Part shown: positions 13,156 through 24,601 of the stretch, piece after piece | Position numbering within the stretch: the stretch's first letter is position 1 | Layout of the letters: each line of letters starts with the position of its first letter | Assembly (NCBI GenBank): GCA_050613775.1 | Contig: JBODTK010000145.1 | Span: 62,001-126,000 of the forward strand | Direction of reading: 5' to 3' | DNA from: Neocallimastix sp. 'constans' | Lineage: Eukaryota | Length of the DNA: 64,000 bases | Made by a program: the position numbers and the translations under genes | The notes under the pieces: generated by a model | Seen by the model: the letters and a program-made list of their open reading frames with translations, nothing else | The model's database searches: none | What the model was told of the DNA's origin: nothing

Positions 13156-14763
13156 ATGTTTTTCTTTAATAATATAAATAAAAAAAAATTGGAAAAAGAA
13201 AATTTGGAAAAAGAACTTATTCTTGCAACTGACGAAAACAATATTCAAAAAGTTAAAAGAATTTTTTATGATGCCATTAAAAATAAAATTGCTTTGAATC
13301 TAAATGAAAAAGATGAAAATGGATGGTATCCCCTTTTATATGCTACTAGCAAAAATAATATTGAAATGGTTAAATTATTAATAAAATATGCCAATAAATA
13401 TAAAATTGTGTTGGAAATGAATGAAAACAATAAAAATGATGGAAATAATCCACTTTTATTTGTTACAAGTAAAAATAGTATTGAAATGTTTCAATTATTA
13501 ATAGATTATGCTAATCAAAATGATATTGTTTTAGAAATAAATGGAAAAAATGATGATGGAGATAATCCACTTATATTAGCTACCAAAATAAATAATATTG
13601 AAATAGTTAAACTATTAATAGAATACGCAAATAAAAATAAAATTGTTTTGGAAATAAATGAAAAAAATAATAATGGAGAATATCCACTTCTATGGGCTAC
13701 TGATAGATATAACATTGAAATGGTTAAATTATTAATAGAATATGCCATTAAAAATAATATTAATTTGGAAATAAACGTAAAAAATAAAAATAAATGGTAT
13801 CCACTTTTAAATGCTACTTTCGGATGTAAAATGGAAATAGCAAAATTATTAATAGAATATGCCAATAAAAATAAAATTGTTTTGGAAATAAATGAAAAAA
13901 ATGAATATAAATGGTATCCACTTTTATATGCTACTTGTAGAAATGACATTGAAATGGTTAAATTATTAATAGAATATGCTAATAAAAATAATATTGCTTT
14001 AGAACTAAATGACAAAAATATACAAGGACATAATCCGCTTATATGGGCTATTCTAAGGAATAATATTGAAATGGTTCAATTATTAATAGATTATGCTAAT
14101 AAAAATGATATTGTTTTGGAAATAAATGAAAAAAATAATGATGGAGTTAATCCAATATTTTGGGCAATAGATAATAATAATCTTGAAATATTTCGATTAT
14201 TAGTGGAATATTCAGTAGAAAAAATTTTAAAAATAATCATCAATGAAAAAGATATTGAAGAACTAATTTCAAAAAATGAAATTTTTATACATTTAAAGAA
14301 TATTTCGGAAATTAATCCTGAATTCCTAAAATTAATATATTTATATAGAAAAAAAAATATAATTGAAGTAATATTTAGTGAAAATAGCTATATTTTAAAA
14401 AAAATTATTGAATATATTGAAAATGAAAAAAATGAGAAAAAAAGACTAGAAAAGGATTTAAAGAATGAAAAAAAGAAAAATGAAAGATTAGAAAAAAATT
14501 TAAAAAAGGAAAAAAAGGAAAAAGAAATAATAAAAAATAAATATGAATTATTGATAAAACAATTGAAAAAAGAAAGAAATACTAAAAGAGATGATAAGGA
14601 TACATATTTAACCTATGAATGTCAACAAGGAAATATTGAAGAAGTAAAGAAATTAATTCATCGTGGAATGGATATCAATGAGAAAAATAAAGATGGGGAT
14701 ACTCCATTATTAATTGCATGTAAAAATGGTAATATTGAATTAATAAAATGTTTATTAAATTAA
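13156..14763 (+). CDS. Ankyrin-repeat protein A2 (535 aa): 39-aa ANK repeats, spacer domain, coiled coil, C-terminal ANK
   Basis: Intact ORF with repeated INEKNxxGxxPLxxAxxxNNIEMVKLLIEYANKN. The C-terminus carries a canonical ankyrin, GDTPLLIACKNGNIELIKCLL. Confidence 0.92.
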   Translation: MFFFNNINKKKLEKENLEKELILATDENNIQKVKRIFYDAIKNKIALNLNEKDENGWYPLLYATSKNNIEMVKLLIKYANKYKIVLEMNENNKNDGNNPLLFVTSKNSIEMFQLLIDYANQNDIVLEINGKNDDGDNPLILATKINNIEIVKLLIEYANKNKIVLEINEKNNNGEYPLLWATDRYNIEMVKLLIEYAIKNNINLEINVKNKNKWYPLLNATFGCKMEIAKLLIEYANKNKIVLEINEKNEYKWYPLLYATCRNDIEMVKLLIEYANKNNIALELNDKNIQGHNPLIWAILRNNIEMVQLLIDYANKNDIVLEINEKNNDGVNPIFWAIDNNNLEIFRLLVEYSVEKILKIIINEKDIEELISKNEIFIHLKNISEINPEFLKLIYLYRKKNIIEVIFSENSYILKKIIEYIENEKNEKKRLEKDLKNEKKKNERLEKNLKKEKKEKEIIKNKYELLIKQLKKERNTKRDDKDTYLTYECQQGNIEEVKKLIHRGMDINEKNKDGDTPLLIACKNGNIELIKCLLN

Positions 14764-15280
14764 ATTATTAAAAAAAGAAGTCAAATGTTAGAGTTTAAAA
14801 AATATATTATCAATATTATCATATTATCATATTATCATAATATTTAACAACATTATGATGGAAATATTTATTAGATACTATCATCTAAATCATAATACAT
14901 GAACCTAATATATTAGATTATAAAAAAAATAACTTGATCTCTTTTATATTTGATATATTGAATATATCAATTAATAAAATTCATAAATAAAATCTGAAAA
15001 GTTATATAAATTTTAAAAAAAAAAAAAAAAATAAAAAATAAAAAAAAAAAATCTTAATATTATTATATTAAATACTCAATAAATACAAAATATATATATA
15101 TATTTACTTATTTAATTTTATTTTGTTTTTTGTTTTTTAAAAAAATTACTTCATATTTTTTATTATTGTTTTTTATTTTTATAAAAAATATAAAAATCAA
15201 AATGTTATGTAAATTTAAAAATTTTATAATGAATTTATATATGAAAACTTTTTTTCATATTTTTTAACTTATAAATGCTT

Positions 15281-15356
<76 letters not shown>

Positions 15357-15501
15357 TATGAATCAAATAAAAAAATGTTTTTATAAAAAATATATATATA
15401 TATATTTTTTTTTTTTCAATTTTTTGATTTAACTAAAAGAATATAATTTTTTCTACTTTATTTATTTATTTATTTACTTGTTTATTTGTTTATTTATTTA
15501 C

Positions 15502-15540
<39 letters not shown>

Positions 15541-15561
15541 TTTGTTTGTTTGTTTGTTTGT

Positions 15562-15648
<87 letters not shown>

Positions 15649-16006
15649 TTAATTAATTAATTAATTTTTAATTCTTTTGATTAATTCAATATATAAAAAA
15701 AAAAATATTAGGTCCAAATTTTTTATTTCTGTTTTTTTTAGTTCTTTTTTTTTTATTTTTAAATTTTTTAAATTAAGGAGATTTTAATACTAAATTTTTT
15801 TCTAAATTTTTATATTTATTATTATTATTTTTTTAAATCAAAGTATTTAAAGTCATTTAATTCTTTTTCATTTCTTAATTATTTTTATCTTAAAAATTAA
15901 AAAACAAAATCAATAAATTTAAAATATTTTAATAATTTTTTGTTATTAAAAAATAGAAATAATAGTAATAACTATTAATAAAAATAAAAAAAGTATTTCA
16001 TTAATC

Positions 16007-18302
16007 ATGTTTTTCTTTAATAATATAAATAAAAAAAAATTGGAAAAAGAAAATTTGGAAAAAGAACTTATTCTTGCAACTGACGAAAACAATATTCAAA
16101 AAGTTAAAAGAATTTTTTATGATGCCATTAAAAATAAAATTGCTTTGAATCTAAATGAAAAAGATGAAAATGAATGGTATCCCCTTTTATATGCTACTAG
16201 TAAAAATAATATTGAAATGGTTAAATTATTAATAAAATATGCCAATAAATATAAAATTGTGTTGGAAATGAATGAAAACAATAAAGATGATGGAAATAAT
16301 CCACTTTTATTTGTTACAAGTAAAAATAGTATTGAAATGTTTAAATTATTAATAGAATATGCTAATAAAAATAATATTATTTTGGAAATTAATGAAAAAA
16401 ATAATAAGGGAGATAACCCACTTATATGGGCTACTAGAAATAATAGCATTGAAATGGTTCAATTATTAATAGATTATGCTAATCAAAATGATATTATTTT
16501 GGAAATAAATGGAAAAAATGATGATGGAGATAATCCACTTATATTAGCCACTAGAATAAATAATATTGAAATAGTTAAACTATTAATAGAATATGCCAAT
16601 AAAATTGTTTTGGAAATAAATGAAAAAAATAATAATGGAGAATATCCACTTCTATGGGCTACTGATAGATATAACATTGAAATTGTTAAATTATTAATAG
16701 AATATGCTAATAAAAATAATATTATTTTGGAAATTAACGAAAAAAATAATAAGGGAGATAATCCACTTATATGGGCTACTAGAAATAATAGCATTGAAAT
16801 GTTTCAATTATTAATAGATTATGCTAATCAAAATGATATTATTTTGGAAATAAATGGAAAAAATGATGATGGAGATAATCCACTTATATTAGCCACTAGT
16901 ATAAATAATATTAAAATAGTTAAACTATTAATAGAATATGCCAATAAAAATAAAATTGTTTTGGAAATAAATGAAAAAAATAATAATGGAGAATATCCAC
17001 TTCTATGGGCTACTGATAGATATAACATTGAAATGGTTAAATTATTAATAGAATATGCCAATAAAAATAAAAATAAAATTGTTTTGGAAATAAATGAAAA
17101 AAATGAAAGTAAATGGTATCCACTTTTATATGCTACTTGCAGAAATAAAATTGAAATGGTTCAATTATTAATAGATTATGCTAATCAAAATAATATTGTT
17201 TTAGAAATAAATGATAAAAATATTTATGGAAAAAATCCACTTACATGGGCTATTATAAGGAATAATATTCAAATGGTTCAATTATTAATAGATTATGCTA
17301 ATAAAAATGATATTGTTTTGGAAATAAATGAAAAAAACGATGATGGAGTTAATCCAATATTTTTGGCAATAGATAATAATAATCTAGAAATATTTATGTT
17401 ATTGGTTGAATATTCAGTAATAAGAAAAATAAAAATAATAATCAATGAAAAAGATATTGAAGACACAATTTCAAAAAATGTATATTTTGTACATTTAAAG
17501 AATATTTCAGAAATTAATCTTGAATTCATAAAATCAATATATTTATATAGAAATATAAATATAATTGAAGTAATATTTAGTGAAAATAGTTACATTTTAA
17601 AAAAAATTATTGAATATATTGAAAATGAAAAAAATGAGAAAAAAAGACTAGAAAAGGATTTAAATAATGAAAAAATGAAAATTGAAAGAATACAAAAGGA
17701 TTTAAATAATGAAAAAATGAAAAATGAAAGATTAGAAAAAGATTTGGAAAAGGAAAAAAAGGAAAAAAACATAATAGAAAAAAATTTGGAAAATAAAAGA
17801 ATGAAAATTGAAAAAATACAAAAGGATTTAAATAATGAAAAAATGAAAAATGAAAGATTAGAAAAAGATTTGGAAAATGAAAATATAAAAATTGAAAGAA
17901 TAGAAAAGGATTTAAATAATGAAAAAAAGAAAAATGAAAGATTAGAAAATAATTTGGAAAATGAAAAAAATGAAAAAAAAAAGATTAGAAAAAGATTTTG
18001 ACAATGAAAAAAGAGAAAAAGAAAGATTAGAAAAAAAATTGAAAAAGGAAGAAAGAGAAAAAGAAATAATAAAAAATAAATATGAATTATTGATAAAACA
18101 ATTGAAAAAAGAAAGAAATACTAAAAGAGATGATAAGGATACATATTTAACCTATGAATGTCGACAAGGAAATATTGAAGAAGTAAAGAAATTAATTCAT
18201 CGTGGAATGGATATTAATGAGAAAAATAAAGATGGGGATACTCCGTTATTAATTGCATGTAAAAATGGTAATATTGAATTAATAAAATGTTTATTAAATT
18301 AA
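16007..18302 (+). CDS. Ankyrin-repeat protein A3; one frameshift in an A-run near 17975 (sequencing error or pseudogenisation)
   Basis: ORFs 16007-18001 and 17961-18302 join if one A is removed. The duplicate sequence near 26170 has one fewer A and reads through in frame. Confidence 0.85.
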
Positions 18303-18470
18303 ATTATAAAAAGAAGTCAAGGTTACAGTTTTAAAAAATGTATTATCAATATTATTATATTACTATATTACTATATTATTATAATATTTAAAAACATTAT
18401 GATGGAAATATTAATAAGAAACTATCATCTAAATCATAATACACCAAATATATTAAATTATAAATAAATA

Positions 18471-18525
<55 letters not shown>

Positions 18526-18598
18526 ATTAATTGATTTACTTTTTAAATTTGACTTTTAATTTTATTAGTTTATCAAAAAATTAATTCATATCTTTTTT

Positions 18599-18631
<33 letters not shown>

Positions 18632-18825
18632 AGTGTTTTTGTTTTTTTTTTTTTTATTATAAAAAAACAAAAAGATTAAAAGGTTTTGTAAATTTAAAAA
18701 ATTTTTAATTAATTTTTATAAGAAAACTTTTTTCCTTATTTTTTAACTAATATAATAATAAGTGCTTTTATAATATATATATATATATAAATCAATTAAT
18801 AAGTGTTTTATTTTAAAGAAAAAAA

Positions 18826-18865
<40 letters not shown>

Positions 18866-18958
18866 TTATGCATAATTTAATATTAAGTCATATTAAACTA
18901 TAAATAAAAATAAAAATAAAAAAAAAATAAAATTATATATATATATATATTTATTTTT

Positions 18959-18990
<32 letters not shown>

Positions 18991-19056
18991 GATATATCTG
19001 AAAGAATATAGATTTTTCTACTCATGACCTATTACTATTTATTTATTTTATATCAT

Positions 19057-19091
<35 letters not shown>

Positions 19092-19184
19092 TTTGCTTAT
19101 TTACTAATTTTTTTTATTTATTTATTTATTTATATTATATTAATATACATTTATATACATTTATATATTTATTAATAGTAGTTT

Positions 19185-19233
<49 letters not shown>

Positions 19234-19328
19234 GAGCTAAATAAATTAAAAAAAAAAAAAAAAAAAAAGGAATAAAAAAAGGAATAAAAAAACAATTAAG
19301 ATATAAACAAATTAAAATAAAAATAAAA

Positions 19329-19365
<37 letters not shown>

Positions 19366-19773
19366 ATAAAAATGGAATAAAAAAAAAAAAATTATAATAT
19401 CAAAAATTTTTAAGTCCATTTGTTTTGTTCCATTTTTAGTTTCAAAATTTTTTGTGTATAAAAGAGATTTAAATTCTAAAAATTTTTTTTAAATTTTAAT
19501 TTTTATTATTATAATTTTTTTGAAATAACCATTAGTGAATTCATATAATTCTTTGTTATTTTTTTATTATAACTACCATAAAAATTATAAAAAAAACTTT
19601 AAAATAAAATCTAAATATTTAAAATATTTTAATAATCTTTCATTTTTAAAATATAGTAATAATAGTAACAATTAAGTTTAATTTTTTTTTTATAAAAATT
19701 CAGAAAAATTTTATTTTTTAAATAATAAATAAAAATTTTTTTATTTTAATAATAATACAGCACTTTATAAATC

Positions 19774-21267
19774 ATGGATTTCTTTAATAATATATATAGA
19801 ATAATTTTGGAAAAAGAACTTAATCTTGCAACTTATATGCATGGTACTCAAAATATTAAAAGAATTTTGGAGGATGCCATTGAAAAAAATATTATCTTGG
19901 AAATAAATAAAAAAAATAATAATGGAGATAACCTATTTATATTAGGTACTGAGAGAAATAATATTGAAATAGTTATACTATTAATAGAATATGCCAATAA
20001 AAATAATATTATTTTGGAAATAAATGAAAAAAATGAATGTAAATGGTATCCACTTTTATATGCTACTTGTAGAAATAACATTGAAATGGTTCAATTATTA
20101 ATAGAATATGCTAATCAAAATGATATTGTTTTAGAAATAAATGATAAAAATATTCAAGGACATAATCCACTTATGTGGGCTATTTTAAGGAATAATATTG
20201 AAATGGTTCAATTATTAATAGATTATGCTAATCAAAATGATATTATTTTGGAAATAAATGGAAAAAATGATGATGGAGATAATCCACTTATTTTGGCTAC
20301 CAAAATAAATAACATTGAAATGGTTAAACTATTAATAGAATATGCAAATAAAAATAAAATTGTTTTAGAAATAAATGAAAAAAATAATAATGGAGAATAT
20401 CCACTTCTATGGGCTACTGAGAGATATAGCATTGAAATGGTTAAATTATTAATAGAATATGCCAATAAAAATGATATTATTTTGGAAATAAAGGTACAAA
20501 ATAAAAATAAATGGTATCCACTTTTAAATGCTACTCTCAGATGTAATATTGAAATAGCAAAATTATTAATAGAATATGCCAATAAAAATAATATTGTTTT
20601 GGAAATAAATGAAAAAAATGAATGTAAATGGTATCCACTTTTATATTCTACTTGTAGAAATGACATTGAAATGGTTCAATTATTAATAGAATATGCTAAT
20701 AAAAATAAAATTGTTTTAGAACTAAATGAAAAAAATATACAAGGACATAATCCACTTATATGGGCTATTCTAAGGAATAATATTGAAATGGTTCAATTAT
20801 TAATAGATTATGCTAATAAAAATGATATTGTTTTGGAAATAAATGAAAAAAATGATGATGGAGTTAATCCAATATTTTAGGCAATAGATCATAATAATTT
20901 TGAAATATTTAGATTATTAGTGGAATATTCAGTAGAAAAAAAATTAAAAATAATCATCAATGAAAAAGACATTGAAGAAATAATTTCAAAAAATGAAATT
21001 TTTGGACATTTAAAGAATATTTCTGAAATTAATCCTGAATTCATAAAATTAATATATTTATATAAAAATAAAAATATAATTGAAGTAATATTTAGTGAAA
21101 ATAGTTACATTTTAAAAAAAATTAATGAATATTTTAATAATGAAAAAAAAGAGAAAAAAAGAATTAAAAGAGATTTTGAAAATGAAAAAATGAAAAATAA
21201 AAGAATAAAAAAGGATTTAAATAATGAAATAATGAAAAATGGTTACATTTCAGAAAAAATTATTTAA
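19774..21267 (+). pseudogene. Ankyrin-repeat gene copy A4, in-frame TAG at 20878-20880
   Basis: Collinear and the same length as intact A6 (27910-29403). The TAG replaces the TTG/TGG codon of the GVNPIF[L/W]AID module. Confidence 0.85.
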
Positions 21268-21954
21268 GTCAAAGTTATAATTTTATAAAATGTATTATCA
21301 ATATATTATCATATTATCATATTATTATAATATTCAAAAAAATTATAATGGAAAAATTTATTAGATATTATCATCTAAATCATAATACATGAATCTAATA
21401 TATTAGATTATAAAAAATAATTTCATTTATTTTATATTAGGTATATTAAATATATCAATGAATATTATTCATAATTAAATCTTTAAAGTTATACATATAT
21501 GAGCTTAAAAAATAATATTAATATTATTATATTAAATACTAAATAAATAGATAAATAATAAAAAAAAAATATTATAATAATAATAATAATAATAAAATTA
21601 CTTTTTTAATTATATTTTTAATTTTGTTTTTAGTTTTTCAAAAAATTAATTCATGTTTTTTTTTTTTTTTTTAATTGGTGTTTTTGTTTTTTTTTTTTAT
21701 AAAAAATAAAAAGATTAAAAGGTTTTGTAAATTTAAAAAATTTTTAATTAATTTTTAAAAGAAAACTTCTCTCCCTATTTTTTAACTAATATAATAATAA
21801 GTGCTTTTATAAATATATATATCTATATATATATATGTATTAATTAATAAGTTCTTTATTTAAAAAAAAATAAAAAAAAACTTTATGCATAATTTAATAT
21901 TAAGCCATATTAAACTATAAATAAAAATAAAAAAAAAATAAAATTATATATATA

Positions 21955-24060
21955 AGAAAAGTAATTGTTGTTCAAGAAAAGTAATTGTTCAAAAATCGTT
22001 CAAAAAATGTTCAAAAAATGTTCAAAATACAATCCCAAAATACTGTTCAAAAAAAATCAAATCCAATCTCAAAAAAGTAATCAACAAACAAACGCAATCA
22101 AAAAATTCTTCCTTTTTTTTTTTTCAAAATCAAAAGTAATTTTTTTCAAAATCAAAATCAAAATCAAAAGTATTTTTCAAAATCAAAAGTATTTTTCAAA
22201 ATCAAAAGTATTTTTCAAAATCAAAAGTATTTTCGAAATCAAAACCAAATCCACAATCACTCAAATCAATTACAATTCACACAATCAATCAAAGTATGTC
22301 AATTTTTTTTTTGATCAATTGGGTTGAATTATTATTTTGAATTCTTGTTTGTTGTTATTTCTTGGGATCAAAAATCATTTTAAGAAATCAGTTTGGGTTT
22401 TTGGTTTTTGTTTTTTTTTTTTTTTGTTTTTACAATCATCATCATCATCATAATATCATCATCAAAATCATCATCATCAATCACTTAATCATCATCATCA
22501 ATCATCATTTCCAAAAGTACCTTTTTTTTTTTAATGCCATACTACCAAAATACATCATCAATTTGAAGTACTTTTTGATTGATCATCATCAATTTGAGTA
22601 CTTAAATGCATGCGAATGTATCATCAAAATGAAGTACTTTTTGATTGATCCTCATCAAAATGAAGTACTTTTTGGAATCATCATCAAATTGCAAGTAAGT
22701 ACTTTTTTTTTTTTAATCATCATCAATTGCAAGTAAGTACTTTTGATTGATCAAACAAGCAATCGAGTAGTAAGTACTTTGATTGATCAAACAATCAACA
22801 TCAATCACTTAATCAAAGTAAGTACTCCTTCCAACAAAAACCAAAACCATCATCAAAGTAAGTACTCCGAACAAACAAATCGTAATCAAAAAAATAACCA
22901 AACAAACAAATCGCAAGTACTCAAAAGTAAGTACTCAAATTCAAATTCAAACAACAACCAAAGTACTCAAATCAAAATCCCAAAAAAAAGTACTCCTGAT
23001 CAAAATCCCAAAAAAAAAGTACTCAAATCAACAATCCAAAAAAAAAAGTACTCAAATCAACAATCCCAAAAAAAGTACTCCTAATGCAAACAATTCAGCA
23101 ATCGAAGTACTTAATCCAACACATTCAGCAATTGAAATACTTACTCCAAACATTCAGCAATCGAAGTACTTAATGGCAACACATTCAGCAATTGAAGTAC
23201 TTAATGCAAACAATTTGTGAGATTTTTTTTGTTTTTTTTTTTTTTAAAACAACAATTTTTTTTTTTTTAAAACACACCCCTAACCAAAAAAAGTAATACC
23301 ACATCAACACCCCTAACCAAAAAGTAATCAAAACAATCAACAAACTCCAAAAGTAATCACTCATCAATCATCATCATCAAAGTACTTTTTTTTTGCAAAA
23401 AATGTTCAAACAAACAAAACAAACAAACAAAAGTACTTGGAATTTTTTGAACAACATCCAACCAAAAGTACTTGGAATTTGCAATTAGTTGATCAAGAAC
23501 AAACAACAAACACAAAGTACTTTTTTTTTTTGCAATTTTTTTTTGCAATTGTTTTTTTTTTTTTTGAATCACAACACATCAAAGCAGTATCAAAAAAAAA
23601 ACGTAAGCCCCAAAAAAAAAAAAAAAACAAACAAACAAAAGTAATCAACAACAATCATCAAAACAATCATCCAAGTAATCAACAACAACAATCCTCATCA
23701 AAGTAATCCCAAACAAATACACAATCATCAAAGTACTTCAATTTGATCAAACATCAATCATCAAAGTAATCCCAAACAAACAATTCTCATCAAAAGTAAT
23801 TCTGATCAATCATCAATCACAAAGTAATCAAAACAATCAACAATCATCCAAGTACTTCGATTTTTTTGATCAATCATCATCAAAAGTACTTCGATTTTTT
23901 TTGATCAAACAATTACAATCCCAAGTACTTTTTTTTTTTGTTTTTTTTTTTTTTTGATCAAAGAATTCAGCAATACAAGTAAGTACTTACTCCAACAAAA
24001 CCCAAATCAAATCCCAAAAAAAAAAGTACTTTTTTTGATCAAACAATTCAGCAAATCAAA
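21955..24060. other. Compositionally anomalous low-complexity block (AAGTACTT / ATCATC / CAAAA / TGATCA vocabulary)
   Basis: Sharp boundaries, starting at a (TA)n run. It is absent from the equivalent position (~30100-30350) of the duplicate. It has no credible ORF and no terminal repeats. Confidence 0.8.
23082..23215 (+). repeat. ~30-bp imperfect tandem repeat, ~4.5 copies (TAATGCAAACAATTCAGCAATCGAAGTACT)
   Basis: Read directly; ATTCAGCAAT(C/T)GAA(G/A)TACTTA recurs about every 30 bp. Confidence 0.85.
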
Positions 24061-24061
24061 T

Positions 24062-24117
<56 letters not shown>

Positions 24118-24601
24118 TATTAACATTATTATATATATTATTATATATTATAATTTTATTTTATAATTAATAAAAAATAAAAAATAAAAAAAAGAAATAA
24201 AAAAAAATAGTAATAATAAAAATTTATAATGTCCCAAATTTTTAGGTCCATTTTTAGTTTCAAAATTTTTTACATATAAAAGAGATTTAAAATCTAAAAT
24301 TTTTTTTTAAAATTTTAATTTTTATTATTATAATTTTTTGAAATAAACATTAAGTAAATTCATATAATTTTTTGTTATTTTTTTTGTTATAACTACCATA
24401 AAAATTAAAAAAAAAAAAGACTTTAAAATAAAATATAAATATTTAAAATATTTTAATAATATTTAATTTTTAAAATAGTAACAACTAAGTTTAATTTTTT
24501 TTTTTTTTTTTTTTTTTATGAAAATTCAAAAAAAAAATTCATTTTTTAAATAATAAATAATAATTTTTTTATTTTAATAAAAATAAAACATTTTTTAAAT
24601 A

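Noticed and set aside
23082..23215. CRISPR-like array
   Set aside because: Repeats are contiguous with no unique spacers, no cas genes are present and the context is eukaryotic.
21965..23706. ORFs within the anomalous block
   Set aside because: Low-complexity K/N/Q/S/F translations of the repeated words, mostly with non-ATG starts.
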